A stretch of DNA of 64,000 nucleotides from the human T2T-CHM13v2.0 reference genome, Homo sapiens. Location of the stretch: NCBI RefSeq assembly GCF_009914755.1, contig NC_060947.1. The stretch is one strand, 5' to 3'. Below the pieces are notes generated by a model that saw only the letters and a list, made by a program, of their open reading frames with translations, was not told the DNA's origin and did not search any database. The position numbers were made by a program, and so were the translations under genes. This document shows positions 26,351 to 45,811 of this stretch, in pieces. How positions within the stretch are numbered: position 1 is the first letter of the stretch; every line of letters starts with the position of its first letter.

Positions 26351-26802
26351 AACTCACCGCTTTCTCCGTTCCTTCTCAAATCAAACTTTCAAAATCTTTT
26401 AAACGAATTTCCTGTGTGTCTTTTGAGGGCAGCCTGTATCTCTAAATCACAAAAACAACAAAAACCTTCAAAAGAGAAACAATGATTCCTCTTTCAGATC
26501 CACATACAGCTTAAGACATGGTTCGCCAAGATGATTTGAAGCTTTTGATCCTGAAGATTTGAGTTACAGAAAACATTGAGTCCCACAGAAGCTCCAAGAG
26601 AGGGTAAGTTAAAATTTTTAAATTTGATAGGACCAGGTGGCCTCTCAGAAACACCATTCCCCATCCCTCCTCTGCTCCTACTCATCCTCAAGCCCAGTTG
26701 AAATGTCTCCCTTCTGCAATGCATTCTCTGGTCTCTTTTGTTCCCCACACTCTAAAACTAGTTAAGTAATCCCAACTAGTTAGTAGAAGATCATGGATTG
26801 GA

Positions 26803-27150
26803 GCCTTGGTACTCAAAGTGTAGTCTGCAGACAAGCAGCATAGTTATTACCTGGGAACTTATTAGAAATGGAGGATCACTGACCCCACTCAGACCTACTA
26901 AATCAGAATCTGCATTTTAACTTGATTCCAGGGTGACTTTGACACGCAATAAAGATTAGGGAGCAGTCTAAGAGAGCACTTACTCAAATTTAAAAGCACT
27001 TTCAAATTACCTGAGGCAATGCTTACAATTGCAATCCTGGATCCTACCCTGGAGATTTTGATTCAAAAGTTCTAAGATCAGGTATCTGGATTGTAACAAA
27101 GCTGGATTTTAATGTTGACAGGAAAGTTGGCTCAAACTTGAAGAGCAGTT
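26803..27150 (+). mobile_element. MER5A plus adjacent MER5-like remnant (hAT-Charlie)
   Basis: GTACTCAAAGTGTAGTC...CAGACCTACTAAATCAGAATCTGCATTTTAAC. Confidence 0.8.
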
Positions 27151-28002
27151 GCTAACAGAGACAACCCTACAGATAGTAACTGAGTTCCTCACTAGTCCCC
27201 AGAAGACTAATGAACAAGTATGAATCATAATTTGAGACTTAGCTATCCAAAGAGAGGCTTACAGAAAAATTAAGTCCTAGGCCTTCCCATTTGGGACTCA
27301 AGGATGCCCTTTGCTTATAGTTTGGGGTCCCCAGAGAATCCCATGTCAAGTTCTCATCTCCTTTTGGCACTTTCCATCCATTTCAAACAGGAGAAAACCT
27401 ACCTATCCCAGGATCTCAGCATCTCAGATCAGAGACTATTCCAATAAAGTTTTAATAACAAGTGCCCATGGTAAGGGCTAAAAGGAGTGAAAGAACACAG
27501 TCACCTGTTACTGTGGGCCAAATCTCCCTGGACAACTGAAGCCACCAGTGCCTGAAGACCTCTGCCATGCCTGGCATCCTGAAGTCTGAGAGCATGTAAA
27601 AGGCTCAACAGGAAGTACTAGTCACAGTGTTAGGAGCCACTCACAGGCTGTTCAAAGTGGCAACATTCAGAATTCTCATCCATTGTTGATATCAAGTAAA
27701 GAATTTCACTAAGTATTCAACTAAAGTGGCCAGTTATCAGACTGACAAAAATGGAAATGAATACTAATACCCAGAGTTGATAGGGATTTTAAAAAAGAAG
27801 ACACACACAATTGGGAAGAGAATAAATCAGGACAGAGTTTTTGGAAGCCATTTTGACAATACATATGCTGAAAGGAAGGTACTAAAGTGGGGTACTTGGG
27901 GTATCTTGGAGAAATTCTGAAATGACTTAAAATCTGATTGAGAATAGACTCCCCTACCTTTTTGCCAATTATATTGGCTAAAGTTGTAAAGAATGAGAAC
28001 TC

Positions 28003-28378
28003 ATATCTTAGTTCCATTTGTGTTGCTATAACAGAATACCACAGACAGGTTGCTTTATAAAGAAAAAGAGTTTATTTGGCTCAAAGTTCTGGAGACTGCA
28101 GAGCTCAAGAACATGGCACCAGCATTTGGCAAGGACCTTTGTGCTGCATCATTCCATGGAAGAATATGGAATGCAAGGAAGCGCAAGGGAGAGCAAGAAA
28201 GTAAGAGAAGGCCAAACTTGATTATATAACAACCCACTCACATTATGATATTAATTCATTCATGAGGGCAGAACCCTCATGGCCTAATAACCTTTTAATG
28301 GCCCTACCTCTTTATACCATCACAATGGCAATTGAATTTCAAAATGAGTTTTGGAAGGGATATTCAAATCATACCAAC
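28003..28378 (-). mobile_element. MST/MLT1A-type MaLR solo LTR
   Basis: TGTGTTGCTATAACAGAATACCACAGAC and ATTCATGAGGGCAGAACCCTCATG. Confidence 0.85.
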
Positions 28379-28379
28379 A

Positions 28380-29220
<841 letters not shown>

Positions 29221-29240
29221 TTTAAAAATTATTTTTGCTT

Positions 29241-29507
29241 AACTAACACAGAAACAGAAAACCAAATGCCACATGTTCTCACTTATAAGTGGGAACTAAA
29301 TGATGAGAACACATAGAGAGGAACAGCACACGCTGTGGCTTATTGGAAGGTGGAGAGTGGCAGGAGGGAGAGGATCAGGAAAAATAACTAATAGGTACTA
29401 GGCTTAATACCTAGGTAATGAAATAATCTGTACAACAAACCCCCATGACACAAGTTTACGTATTAACAGACCTTCACCTGTACCGCTGAACTTAAAATAA
29501 AAGTTAA
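29241..29507 (+). mobile_element. Older L1PA (about PA13-16) 3' end
   Basis: GAGAGGATCAGGAAAAATAACTAAT and ACAACAAACCCCCATGACAC; diverged TSD AAAAATTA(T/C)T(T/C)TTGCTT. Confidence 0.85.
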
Positions 29508-31934
29508 AAAAATTACTCTTGCTTTCTTACATTTTCAATAGTTTCTAAAGCAAACATGAAATTTTAGTAATATTTTAAAATAGTAATTCTAATTACCCTG
29601 GCTGATATTCCTTTAGTTTTTGAAAGAATTACTATTTTTTCATTACATATAAAAGTAGGAAACTGAGAGTGAAGTACAGTTAGTAGTCCTGTCACTTTTG
29701 TGGACACTTGTATTTAGATCCCATTCATACTTAGATGACATATACTTCTACCCCAGTGACTCCCCCAACCATTAGATAAACTACTCACTGGGCTAGACCT
29801 CAGAGGTCCCAGACACAGCCTCAGAGATTACAGGGCAGGGCTGAAGAAAACATAAACAAATGGACATCTTTGGGAGTCAATAGAGATGCTGAGGGGACTT
29901 TATGAACTTGAGTCTCTGAAGCCTATATGAAAAGCAATAATTCAGGAGTGGAGAGAGCTGCTGTCTCCCAATAAGCCATGAAACACTCAGCCCCATGCAC
30001 CTAGACTAGGGCAATGCAGAGAGGATGGACAAAAAAGAGCTTTGTCATCAATCATCCCCAGCATGACCCTTCTGTCACCTCCATTCTTACCAAGAGCTCT
30101 GCTTTTTAAATGCTGGTCATGATCCATGGGTGGGCCATGCAATTACATGCAACATTTAAAAAAAATGCAATAGAAAGAAAAGAAATGGGTTCAGGTAGAG
30201 ATAGGATAATACATGATAGAAAACGTGGGAGTGCCTCCCAGGAAGTAAAAGAGTAAGTATGTTGTGAGTGTGTGTGTACCAGTGGTGATGTTAAATGTAT
30301 TACTCTGGGGTGTGGTCACAAAGTTTGAAAGTTGAAAAACTGGAGATTTTGTATCTAGATGCTCCTGCCCACTATACTGCAAGGAGCTGTCACTTGAAGC
30401 CCCTAACCCAGATCTGTTCCCTGTTCTCCACTTTAGATTGATTGATCAGCCTCTTTATTCACCCAGGTATCTCTTGACTGATCCTGACTTTTTAAAAGCA
30501 CAGACCCAATGCCATAGATGTTTTTTTCTGAGATGATCAAAAGCCTACATAAAATACCTATTAAGTGCTCCCCATAATCAGGGAAGAATGCTTGGATTTA
30601 AGGTACATTTTTTTCACAGTTATTTATGTGCAAGAGATAGATGAATTTTATTACACAAAATCATATTTACCATTTCATACTTTTCTAAAATATTCACTTT
30701 TTAAAAACATCTTGAATGCTGATTATTACTAATAGTATGTGTGGCTTATAGAAAAGAAATTGGTTTATTAAGTTGCTAGTAGTTTTTAAAAACTAAGGAT
30801 ATAATTGGATCAAGAAGTACAAGAAAAATTAAGCTTAACAAAATATCTCCTGGACTCAGTTTCTGAGCAATTGCCCTGTAGTCTATAATTATGAATAAAA
30901 TACCCTTTGAAAAGACCTCATCAGAATCAGAGAGAAATGAGAACAATAGGGTAGGTATTACAAAAGATTGGTTTTTCTCAGATAATTGTTTTTAATAAAA
31001 TGGTAAAAGTGTAGAAAACACCAGGCAACTATAATTAGGATAATAATCTATTGTTCTACGGGAATATGTACCCCATTATCTCTTCTATGGGAAAGCAACA
31101 AAGAAAATGAAGTAAAATATGGGTGAATACATTTGAAGGATAGTTACACATAGAACTATAGAGGTCATTAATTAATCTTTCCTTTATGGCAGAACCAGCC
31201 AAATAACCAAGAGTGGATGCATCCTGTCTGCAGTCTCTGAGAGAACTATACTTTTAGAGAGAAGCCCAAGGAGACTACAGAACTGCTTTCAGATATGATG
31301 ATACATTTTGTTTGTTTCTATTTATGTGCTTAGATAGAAGGATATTCAAATACTAAGCATCTTTTCTACACTTTTAAATTCTATTTTTTGTGAGTCGTTG
31401 AGTGTGTGAGCCTATGATCCATCTGTTTAGTTGGGAGAAATTCCAGGAATGGTGGATCCATGAAGCTGGGTCTTAATTTGATCATGGCTTTGACAGAGAT
31501 GTGTTTTCAAAACAGGGTACTTAATAATATACAACACAACTCAGTGAAAGGATCCGATTTTCATCACCATTTTCCAGATTAAAAAAAGAGGGGAGTAAAT
31601 CAAGCTATCTCCCCAGCTCCGGGCTGGGAAAGAGAGGAACATCTTTGCTCCCAGAGTTCCTATCCCCTGGCTGCTCTGGACAAGAGGACAGCCAGACCTT
31701 TCCCTAGTACCTATGGAAGAACATGCCCTTGCCTGTTCCAGAGACACTGCCACTGCGTGATGGACCTATAAGCCTGACGTGGAGGCTATGCCAAACAAGT
31801 TTCAGTAGAGGTCCTTGCCTGCCAGGCCACAACTCTTTCTTCTCTCTTGAAGCTAGAGACCCTCAAAAAGCAGTTTGCTTTCCTAGGACCTGACAATCCT
31901 GATTTAAGTAAAAATTTAAGTATTGGCAGTATTG

Positions 31935-32170
31935 TCCAGTAGTTAATAGCACAGGCTGTGGAGCAGGACTGCATAAGTTCATGTCCTCTGCTATCTACAG
32001 CTGTGGGATCTTGGTCAGTCCTTTAACTTCTCTGAGCCTCAATTTATTCATCTGTAAAATGGGAGTGAACACAGTGAATATTTCAGAAAGCCATGATGTG
32101 GATTGAATAATTAAATGTAGGTAGAATTTTTAGCCCAAAACATAATGAGCATTTAATAAATATTAATTAT
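31935..32170 (+). mobile_element. MIR
   Basis: CTCTGAGCCTCAATTTATTCATCTGTAAAATGGG. Confidence 0.8.
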
Positions 32171-32334
32171 TTTCCTAATTGTCATCAACTAGTGGGAATA
32201 TTCATCTCCCTTCTTTTTCAGTCGAACAGGAGTGTTGGGACTTCATAAGGAAGAACTAAGTGACCATCACTCAAAAAGAAGTTACAGTGGTTGGTTTTCC
32301 ATATCAACAGAATCTTCTCTGCCTCTTACATTAG

Positions 32335-32861
<527 letters not shown>

Positions 32862-32863
32862 TA

Positions 32864-33334
<471 letters not shown>

Positions 33335-34727
33335 TCAAACATTCCCAGAATGAACTCACTATGCCCTGAGGCAGCAAAATCTATCTTTAGCCAACTCTTA
33401 CCACTTTTAGATTTTTATCTAAAATCTGCTTTCTTCTAGCTACATTTAGATCTGAGGTTGGACTCCTCAGGAGCCCCAACAGCATAGAGTAAAATAATGC
33501 CATTTACATCATGAACATCAGTAAGAAAAGTCTTATTCTTTCCAAAGGAAGGGATGGAATATTTCTGATACTGGTGCCTTGGATGGGCAAGTGTTTATCT
33601 TGAACCCGAATCCCTGCTGGTCAGGGCAGCTCTCTTGGCTTTCTATCCCCTCTAGGAGCAATTTTCCACTTTACTGTTTTCCTGACTGCTCTAGGCCCAG
33701 CTTGGGTACATAACATCCTCTGCCTCACTTGACCAGACATGGGGTTTTCATTGTGGTCCCCTCAGAAATACAGGTTGTTGTGACTCACCTTGTGGTATAA
33801 ATACTGACTGTTGAGAGCCTGGAAGCTTAGACTTTTCAAGAAGCAGCAGTATTACCTCTCATTCCCCTACCATACACACAGTTTGGCAGTGCCGTATTCC
33901 CCAGACTGACCCACAAGCCACTTGGGCTGCAGCCTCTTTAAGTGCAGTTGATTTGGTTTAAGCCCATTAGTGATCATTTGCCTATCACTGCTGGCAAATC
34001 CTAAAGCTGGTGGATTGCTGAGGAGGAGGGGAACACAAGTGTGTGCACATGTGTGTGTTTCAGTGGTGGACGGTGTCACTTGCACCAGTGAATGGCAGCT
34101 CCACTTCTGTATTTTATGTTCCCAATTTCCTTTTAAACTGTAATTTCTTTTGATCTCTGTATCAGTTATATATATTTATTCTACACCCTGCAAATTTATG
34201 AGGTCATTTTAGTTGCTTAAAATACAACATTATCACAAGCTTTCCTATCTTTTATTTAATTAACACAATTATAGAGCAGAACATTGGCCATTGCACAGTA
34301 TCAGCTCCTGCTGCCCTAGAAAGACTTCATAACAATTTAACCGTATTAAAGGGCATTTTTCCATCTTTTCTACCTGCTGTGAAAAGGGAGCAAGTTTTCA
34401 TGCAGCTCCCCAACTCTTAAACAGTAACTTTTTGGTTAAATAAAATAGTGTTTCTAAATAACCACTCAGCAATTTTGTTTTCCAAATTGAAGAAAGGGAT
34501 GGAAAGGGGGACTAGAATGTATTGCATCTCAGTGATGTGCTAGATGTTTTACTTATGTAAGTGGTAAAATGTTCAAGAAGAGTTTCATTTGTCTAGTAAA
34601 ATAAAGGAATATTTTTATTTCCCAATGTTAAGAAAATGAAATACATTATTAAACCTCAGTTGTGCTTAAAATCAACTTATACCATAATTTCTCAGGGTTG
34701 GTTTTGGTGAACACTAGTACTTTTAAA

Positions 34728-35050
34728 AACTTTTTATTTTGAGTTCATTTTGGATTTATAGAAGAATTGCAGAGTGCAGAGAGTTTCTGCATATTGTTCA
34801 ATTTACCCTCTCCTGGTGTTAACATCTTACATAACCGTGGTAAATTTGTCAAAACTAAGAAATTAACATTAGCAAAATGTTATTAACTCCAGACTTTACT
34901 TGGATTTCACCAGTTTTTTCACTAATGTCCTTTTTTTCTTTTCCAGGCCCTGATCCAGGATCCTACATGACATTGAGTCACCAAAGCTTAATCTTCCAAT
35001 ATGTAACAATTTCTAGGTCTTTCATGATCTTTCATGACCTTGACACAGAT
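34728..35050 (-). mobile_element. L1MC-type 3' end
   Basis: GTTAACATCTTACATAACC...TTTGTCAAAACTAAGAAATTAACATT and GGATTTCACCAGTTTTTTCACTAATGTCC. Confidence 0.8.
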
Positions 35051-35064
35051 GGACACTAATTTTT

Positions 35065-35366
<302 letters not shown>

Positions 35367-35434
35367 TAGAAGTCTACTGTAAGGGAAAAAATGAATTCTG
35401 TGGTCAATTATTTCTTTTTTCATTTTCTAAACAC

Positions 35435-36338
35435 ATCAAGGAAGTACAAATCAAAACCATATTGAGATATCACCTCATTCTTGTTAGAATGGCTATTATC
35501 AAAAAGATAAAAGATAGACAAAACGTGTTGACAAGGATGTGGAAAAAAGGTAACCCCTGCACACTATTGATAGGAATGTAAATTAGTACAGCCATTAATA
35601 GAAAACAGTATGGAGGTTCTTCAAAAAAAATTAAAATTGAACTATCATATGATCCAGCCATCCCTCTTCTGGGTATATACCCAAAGGAAATAAAATCAGT
35701 ACCTCATAGAGATACCTGCACTCCCATGTTCATTGCAGCATTATTCACAATAGCCAAGACATGAAAACAATCTGAGTGTTCTTTGATAGATGAATGGATA
35801 AAGAAAATGTGATAAACATACACAATGGAATATTATTCAGCCTTATAAAAGAAGGAAATCCTGACATTTGTGGCAACATGGATGAACCTAGGGACATTAA
35901 GTGAAATAAACCTGACATAGAAAGACAAATACCACATGATCTCACTCATATGTGGAATACAAAAAAGTTGATCTCATAGAAGTAGAGAGTAGAATTGGTG
36001 GTTACTAGAGGTTGGCATGGCTATGGAGGAGGGATGTTGGGGAGATGTTGCTCAATGGGTATGTAATCATAGACAGGAGGAGTAAGTTCGAGAGATCTAT
36101 AGGACAGTATGGTGACTGTAGTTAATGACGATATGTTGTATTCTTTAAAAAGGCTAAGAAAATGGATGTTAAATGTTGTCATCACAAAAATTATAACTAT
36201 GTGAGGCAATGAATTTGTTAATTGACCAGGTTGAACCATTCCATAACATATATATATATATACTTCAGAATATCATGTTGTACACAATACATACAATTTT
36301 ATGTCAATTTTAAAAATAAAGAAATTTGAAAAAATAAA
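35435..36338 (+). mobile_element. L1MA-type 3' end
   Basis: ORF2 terminus and 3' UTR (GACAGGAGGAGTAAGTTCGAGAGATCTAT). Confidence 0.9.
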
Positions 36339-36499
36339 GACTTCCTAGAGACTAGAAGAATATGCTAATATGTTTTATAAACATTCAAGAGGGACCTACA
36401 ATATGTAGCACTTCCTAAACATTTGGCCACAGAAGACAGGCTTCACAGAGCCTGTCTTGGGACTAGGACTCTGAGGAATCCATAAGGATTTTTATTAGA

Positions 36500-37100
36500 A
36501 TAATCTCCTGCCTGCTCTTCCTATCTGTAGTCCTGTATACATTCCTTCCATTCCCCAGTCAACCACTGCAATGAGCTTTCCAAAGTGCAAAACTGCTCCA
36601 AAAACTTTATTTAGCTTACCCTCAGTTACAGAACTGGAACTCAAACGCTGCAGCTGTGTGTGTCTTCCTGCAGCCCTCTCTAAACGTTGCTCTCCAGGCA
36701 CACTAAATGCTCAGGTATCTCCCAAATCTGTCTCTGGCCTTTCAACACTCTCACTTTGCCTTTCCTTCCCCCACCTTTGGTCTATCAAAACCCATGTCAT
36801 CCTTCAGGTTCATTATAAATGCTACCTCCTCTCTGAATCTTCCCTCCCTCTTCCACTCCTCCAAGCCCAAGCTCAGAACGAATCTCTCCGCTCCTGGTTT
36901 TTATAATAATATCAACTTGCATCACCTACAGCATTCATCTCATATTGCCACCTATTAGAGTTAGCTGCATGTGCAGGCCCTGCCCCTGAGTGTGAGCTCC
37001 TTGAAGGTAAGAAGTGGACCTTGTTTTTCATTAATAGTGCACTCCTGATTTTGTGCTTTCACAAAATAAGGGCTCATTAAGTGCTTGATGAATGACTGAA
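36500..37100 (+). mobile_element. L2 remnants
   Basis: TGTGAGCTCCTTGAAGG and GGCTCATTAAGTGCTTGATGAATGA tail. Confidence 0.6.
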
Positions 37101-37120
37101 CAAAACTCTCTAACACTTTA

Positions 37121-37421
<301 letters not shown>

Positions 37422-37430
37422 AACACTTTA

Positions 37431-37600
37431 CACTTTATAAGTCTCTCATTTGAGTCTCACAATAAGCCTATGAAGAAGGAGTTATAATTATTTCCAGTTT
37501 ACAGTTGAGGAAACTGAGACACAGATTGGTTAAGTGACTTGCCTGGGTGTCACGTAACTAATTAGATATTGAGCAATATTTCCTGATTCCAGTCAGTAAC
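37431..37600 (-). mobile_element. MIR
   Basis: TTTACAGTTGAGGAAACTGAGACACAGA...GGTTAAGTGACTTGCC. Confidence 0.8.
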
Positions 37601-38916
37601 TGTGTTCCCTTTAACCTCTCCTCATGACCTTCTTGAGTAAGTGAGCGAGTGGACATCAAACATTACGCATCTACCTTGTACTAAGTGAGAACTAGGATAT
37701 GGGTGACCCAGAAATGAATAAGAATGGAGGAGCATTTATGTTAGAACAGATAAGAGTGTCATCTTTTATAGACAAAAACAGCCTGACCAGTGAAAGGCAG
37801 TAAGAAGATAAGAGGATAAGAAATGGCTTAGAGGCAGCAATGATTTGGTGACGACCAGAGGAAGAGAGCTACTGGTTGTCAAAGATCAGGCAAGCTGGGA
37901 AGAGCTCTGTCAAACTGGAAATCTGTTCAGAGACAGTGATGAAGCCAACACTCTTTGATTGCCTAAAATTGGCTGTGCAGAAATGGATGGCAATGGAGAC
38001 CTTTGCTGCTGGGGAGAGAATATACTTTAAATTTAATGAGGACAACTCTAGAAGCCCTGCTGATTCCTGATTGATAAGTACTAAGGCGCCTCACTTAACT
38101 TGCAGGCACAGCTGTCTGCACTGAGCTTTGGTTGGGTATTGGGCAGCAGTTCGACCCACAAGGAAATAGTCTCTGCCTTTTTGCCTGTTTGCACTTTCAC
38201 CTCCTGGATGGCAAGTGGGAAAAGGAGCAAGCCCACAGCCTTGCAACCCCCTGAAAGGTTATTTTGTCCAAGGCAAATGTTGCCTATTGAATTCTCACCA
38301 GCCTGATTAGAAAGGATTATTCTGAAGGTCTGTGAAGTATCTAGTAACCAATCTTCCTGAGTTATTTTTGAATAGCTATTGAATGGATAATTTCCATACC
38401 CATTATCAAAATGATATGCTGGAGGTGAAATTTAGCTGTATTGTATTTGATCAGTAATTGCAGAAATGTTTCCCTCAGATTTAATGCCTTATTGGCAGCA
38501 GGTCTCCCTACAGGCGCAAAAGACTTTGGGATACTTTTTGGTTGACACAAATGCTTTATTATTGCAATATTTTTGTTGCAGTGGGGGGGAAAAACAGGAT
38601 TTATTTGGGCATCTAAAAATTAACTGGAAGTTTCTTTTTCCACCTCCTGAGAGCAGCATTTGGCAACACAGCATTTTCCACTAGTAAGAGCAAGTGAATA
38701 ATATATCTCCTCATCACCCAAGCCTCAGTGCTCTGGAACAAGAGCAGACCCCGAGGCTCCCAGTGGCCAGCAAGTCCAGTGACAACACCCATTCATTCAG
38801 GTCCCTGTTACCAGAAATAAGTGGACAAGGAAATGAAGGTTGAGAGATTCGACTATGGAATGGTAACTCAATTCCTGAGGTTCACTTCATGCCTCCGCAT
38901 TGCAAGATTCTAGATC

Positions 38917-39093
38917 AGCCACTGCCAACAGATATAAAAAGCAAGCCACATAGGTAATTTTTATTTCTCCAGTAGTCTCATTAAAAAGTTAATAAGAAAC
39001 AGATGAGATCAATTTGAAACTACATTTTATTTAACAGAATATATCTAAAATATTATCACTTTAACATAAAAGCAATATAAAATTATTAATAAG
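38917..39093 (+). mobile_element. MER33 (hAT-Charlie), 5' portion
   Basis: GCAAGCCACATAGGTAATTTT...AAGAAACAGATGAGAT...AAAATATTATCACTTTAACAT. Confidence 0.75.
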
Positions 39094-39103
39094 AAAGCAC
39101 CAT

Positions 39104-39460
39104 CTGTAGTAGATGTGGAGAGGGACTGGCAATGGGCAGGGCCCTAGGACTCCCAAGATTATATGCCCTTTGTCTTCCGCTACCAGAGAGGATAGGGAAG
39201 GACCATCAGGTGGGGGCGGGGCTAGGCATGTCTGAGCTCAGACTCTCTTTCCACGTGTCTTGCTATGGCTTCTGTGGGCGATGGGGGTGAGAGTCCCAGG
39301 TCACTGGAGTTGTGTACCTAGAAGGACTATGGCTGCTTCTGCTGAGTCATGCAGGTTGTCAGGGAAGTCGGGGAAAGCCGGCAGTCACAGGCCTCACCTA
39401 GCTCCCCCTCAAACCAAAGAACTGGTCCCACTCCCACCATGTCCCCAACAGCCCATACAG
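39104..39460 (-). mobile_element. Old primate L1 (L1PB/L1P4-like) 5' region fragment
   Basis: GGACCATCAGGTGGGGGCGGGGCTAGGCATGTCTGAGCTCAGACTCTC and GGGAAAGCCGGCAGTCACAGGCCTCACC. Confidence 0.7.
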
Positions 39461-39697
39461 AACTGGTCCTTTGCTCTATCCCTAGGGAAAAGCTCAGATT
39501 GTCCTCACCTTTTATATGGGGCTCTGTCCTCATTCCATCCAATGCAGACCCTATCAAGACTGTCAAATCCAAGCATCAAAATCATCTGCTGACAGTCAGG
39601 GCAAGTAACATTGCAAAATAATGATTTATGCAAGACAGGAAAAGGCAGCTCCCCACATCACTTTCAGCAGGAAAAGAAGATAGAAATCCAGGCAGCT

Positions 39698-42475
<2,778 letters not shown>

Positions 42476-42614
42476 AGAAATCCAGGCAGCTTCCAAGTTG
42501 ATATAAGTACACTAAAATCCACCAAGTCATCATACCCATGATTACCTTTCAGTATTGGACACTGCACCCTGGCTAGGCTTGGCTTTCCTACAATGTTTTT
42601 GGAACCAAATCCTA

Positions 42615-42974
<360 letters not shown>

Positions 42975-43709
42975 CTAGGTTGGTCATATACTGCCATAAT
43001 AAAATCCTGAATTGAATAGTATTGAAAATTGGCAGGCAAAATTGATTAATCACAATTAAAGATCTTTTTAGTTACAGAATAATATTGTTATTTTAATTCT
43101 CATTGTTGCAATGGGTTTGGACCCATAGCTGTATATCCTAGGCACACTGAAGGAATGTTATTACACAGGGACATTCACGGTGGCAGTGTGGGCTACCATA
43201 CTTTGGAGAGATATAATTTTGGTACACTGAATTCTCTTTTTTTCTGGTGCTGTGATCTAATCCTATCAGTCTCTAATTGTTTCACATGTATGAGATTTGT
43301 CTCTTTGGTAATATGGTTTAATTACCAGATGATAAAAATAATAATTTACATTCTACTGTTTCCCTCTCCTCCCCAACCAAGTCTAGCATAGTGCTGAGGA
43401 TTTGATGCCATTAATGCTTGTTCACTTGACCTGATTCCAAGTTACTTCAGAAAAAGCTGTAGTAATTCTTCTGGGATACTGACAAGTACTATTGCCTCTT
43501 ACTCCTCTTCCTGGAATGACTTCACTTGGGTCTTTGAAATGCTGAGCAGCTAATGATGAGTTTCCATGCTGGAGCACAAATGTGAGCAGGTAAAAAACCC
43601 AGGCACCTAAATGATTTTGCCTACTTGGCACTAAGAACTGTTGGCCAATTGTTTTCCACTGAATTGATTGAAAGAGCAGTAACATTTTCTACAACGTTGT
43701 AGTCTCTTT

Positions 43710-44390
43710 TCAATTCTTCAAGCATGTTATCAAATGCCTACTATGTGTTAAGCACTGTACTAGGTGCTAGGAATTCAGCGGAGAATAAGACAAGACAGAT
43801 GATAAATCCCCTGCCTTCAAGTCACCCAAACAATAATGAAGGAGACAGAGAAGCATATAGAAAAGGCACTTACAAAATGGCAAGATAAGTGTTCCAATGG
43901 GGGGATATAAATGTACTTTGGAGGAGCACCTAATTCTCACTTGGATGAGATGGGCAGGGTGAAGAAAGTTTCTGTGAGAGGGAGTCTTAAAGAATGAGTA
44001 GGAAGGGGTAGAAAGAGAAGAGGCTGATGAAATAACCCAGGTGTGAAATGATGGTGGCCTAAAGTAAGGACGTAGAAGTGAAGACATTGACTAAGACATA
44101 TTTTATTGAGGTAGGATCAATAGGACTTGTAACAGACCGGTAAAAGAAATAAGAGGAAAGAAGGGATCTCAGGTGACATCCAGGTTTCCGGCATGAGTGA
44201 TTGCCTGGATAATACAGTCATTACCCGATACAGAGAATCCATGAGAAGAAACAGGTTGATGGGGAGCACTAGTGGAGGAATAAGCTTAGTTTGGGCCTGT
44301 ATCATTTGAGGCACATCTGGGACAGCCAAATTTCTGGTAGGCAGCTGAACAAATAGACCTCAGGAGAAAGGTCTGGGCTGTTGATACAGC
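43710..44390 (-). mobile_element. L2
   Basis: AAATGCCTACTATGTGTTAAGCACTGTACTAGGTGCTAGG and purine-rich body. Confidence 0.75.
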
Positions 44391-44473
44391 TGGCCTTTCA
44401 CATCCGTATATTTGACTTTAGTAGAATGTTTTTGTATGCTATTCACCAACAACCCTAAACCACTTAACTTCAT

Positions 44474-44598
44474 TTTTTTTTTCAATACGGCAACTTACTA
44501 TGTTGCCCAAGCTGTACCTGAGCTCTTGGCCTCAAGCAATCCTCCTACCTTAACCTGCTGAGTAGCTGGGACTATAGGCGCAAGCCACCATGCCTGGC
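44474..44598 (-). mobile_element. FLAM monomer
   Basis: Single monomer: CTATGTTGCCCAAGCTG...CTCAAGCAATCCTCC...CCACCATGCCTGGC. Confidence 0.8.
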
Positions 44599-45175
44599 TT
44601 CTTTTTTCATATGCCAAATTCAGTGACAAACTAACATTTCACTCTATAGCATGATGGCACTGTTTGCCAGACAATGGTTTCAAAGACCTTGACCTGTATG
44701 TTCACTAGTGTCTATTGGGCATATATTGGAATATTTGGTTAAATTTTTTATAAGAATTAATGAAAATCCAGAATTTAGAAAAACGAAAGCATTAATAATG
44801 ACAAGAAACAGCATCTTAAACTTAAGATAAACACAGAAATCATTGATTGTGCTGTAACGTGGCAAATATTTAGCTTTAAGTAGATGCTCATTTGGCTTAC
44901 AGTATTTATGTCTTCAATTGTGAAAAAAAGGAATAAAGCTACAGAACATAAATTATGAAAATCTATTTTTGAAAATCATGACTGGAAAGTAAAGTACAGT
45001 TGGGGATTTTTACATTACATTTTAGCTCTCTGAGAGTCAACTGCTTCCCATGTCCTCAATAACATCTGAATCTCTCATTTGACTCTTACATGCTGGACTT
45101 TCACATATATTTTCAGGATTGCTTTCTATAGAAAAGCAGGAAGCCACTTGCAGTTGTCTGCATCAAGATGGTAGT

Positions 45176-45757
45176 TGTGATGGTTAATTTTAGGTGTCAA
45201 CTTGACTGGGTTGAGATATCCAGATAAAGCATTATTTCTGGATATGTCTGTGAAGGTGGTTCCAGAAGAGATTGGCATTTGAATCAGTGGACTCAGTAAA
45301 GATCTACCCTCGCCAATATGAGCAGGCACCATCCAATCGGCTGGGGTCCTGGATAGAACAAAAAGGCAGAGGAAGGGCAAATTCACTCTATCTTCTGGAG
45401 TTGGGATATTCATCTTCGCTTGCCTTTGGACATTGGAACTCTAGGTTCTCTGACCTTCAGACTCCAGGACTTACACTATAGAGATACCTCAATTTCTCAG
45501 GCTTTCACCTTGGACCAAGAATTACACCATTTGCTTTCTTGGTCCTCAGGCTTTCAGACTCAGACTGAATCACACCATTGGCTTCCCTGATTCTTCAGTT
45601 TGCAGATGGCATACCATGGAACTTTTTGGCCTCTATAATCTCATGAGCTGATTCCCATAAGTTGTCCCTTTTTATACATCTATATCCATCTATCTATGTG
45701 TAGATGTCGGCAGATATCCTATTGGTCCTGTTTCTCTGGAGAATCCTGACTAATACA
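45176..45757 (+). mobile_element. MLT2B-type solo LTR
   Basis: TGTGATGGTTAATTTTAGGTGTCAAC ... GAATCCTGACTAATACA; 5-bp TSD GTAGT at 45171-45175 and 45758-45762. Confidence 0.93.
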
Positions 45758-45811
45758 GTAGTTAAACCCTGGCCTAACCATAGCAATTTTCTAAATGTCT
45801 CACTGTTTGGT

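Noticed and set aside
36340-36490. Possible hAT-Charlie remnant (related pieces near 35370 and 30110-30340)
   Set aside because: Too degenerate to assign a family or boundaries by eye.
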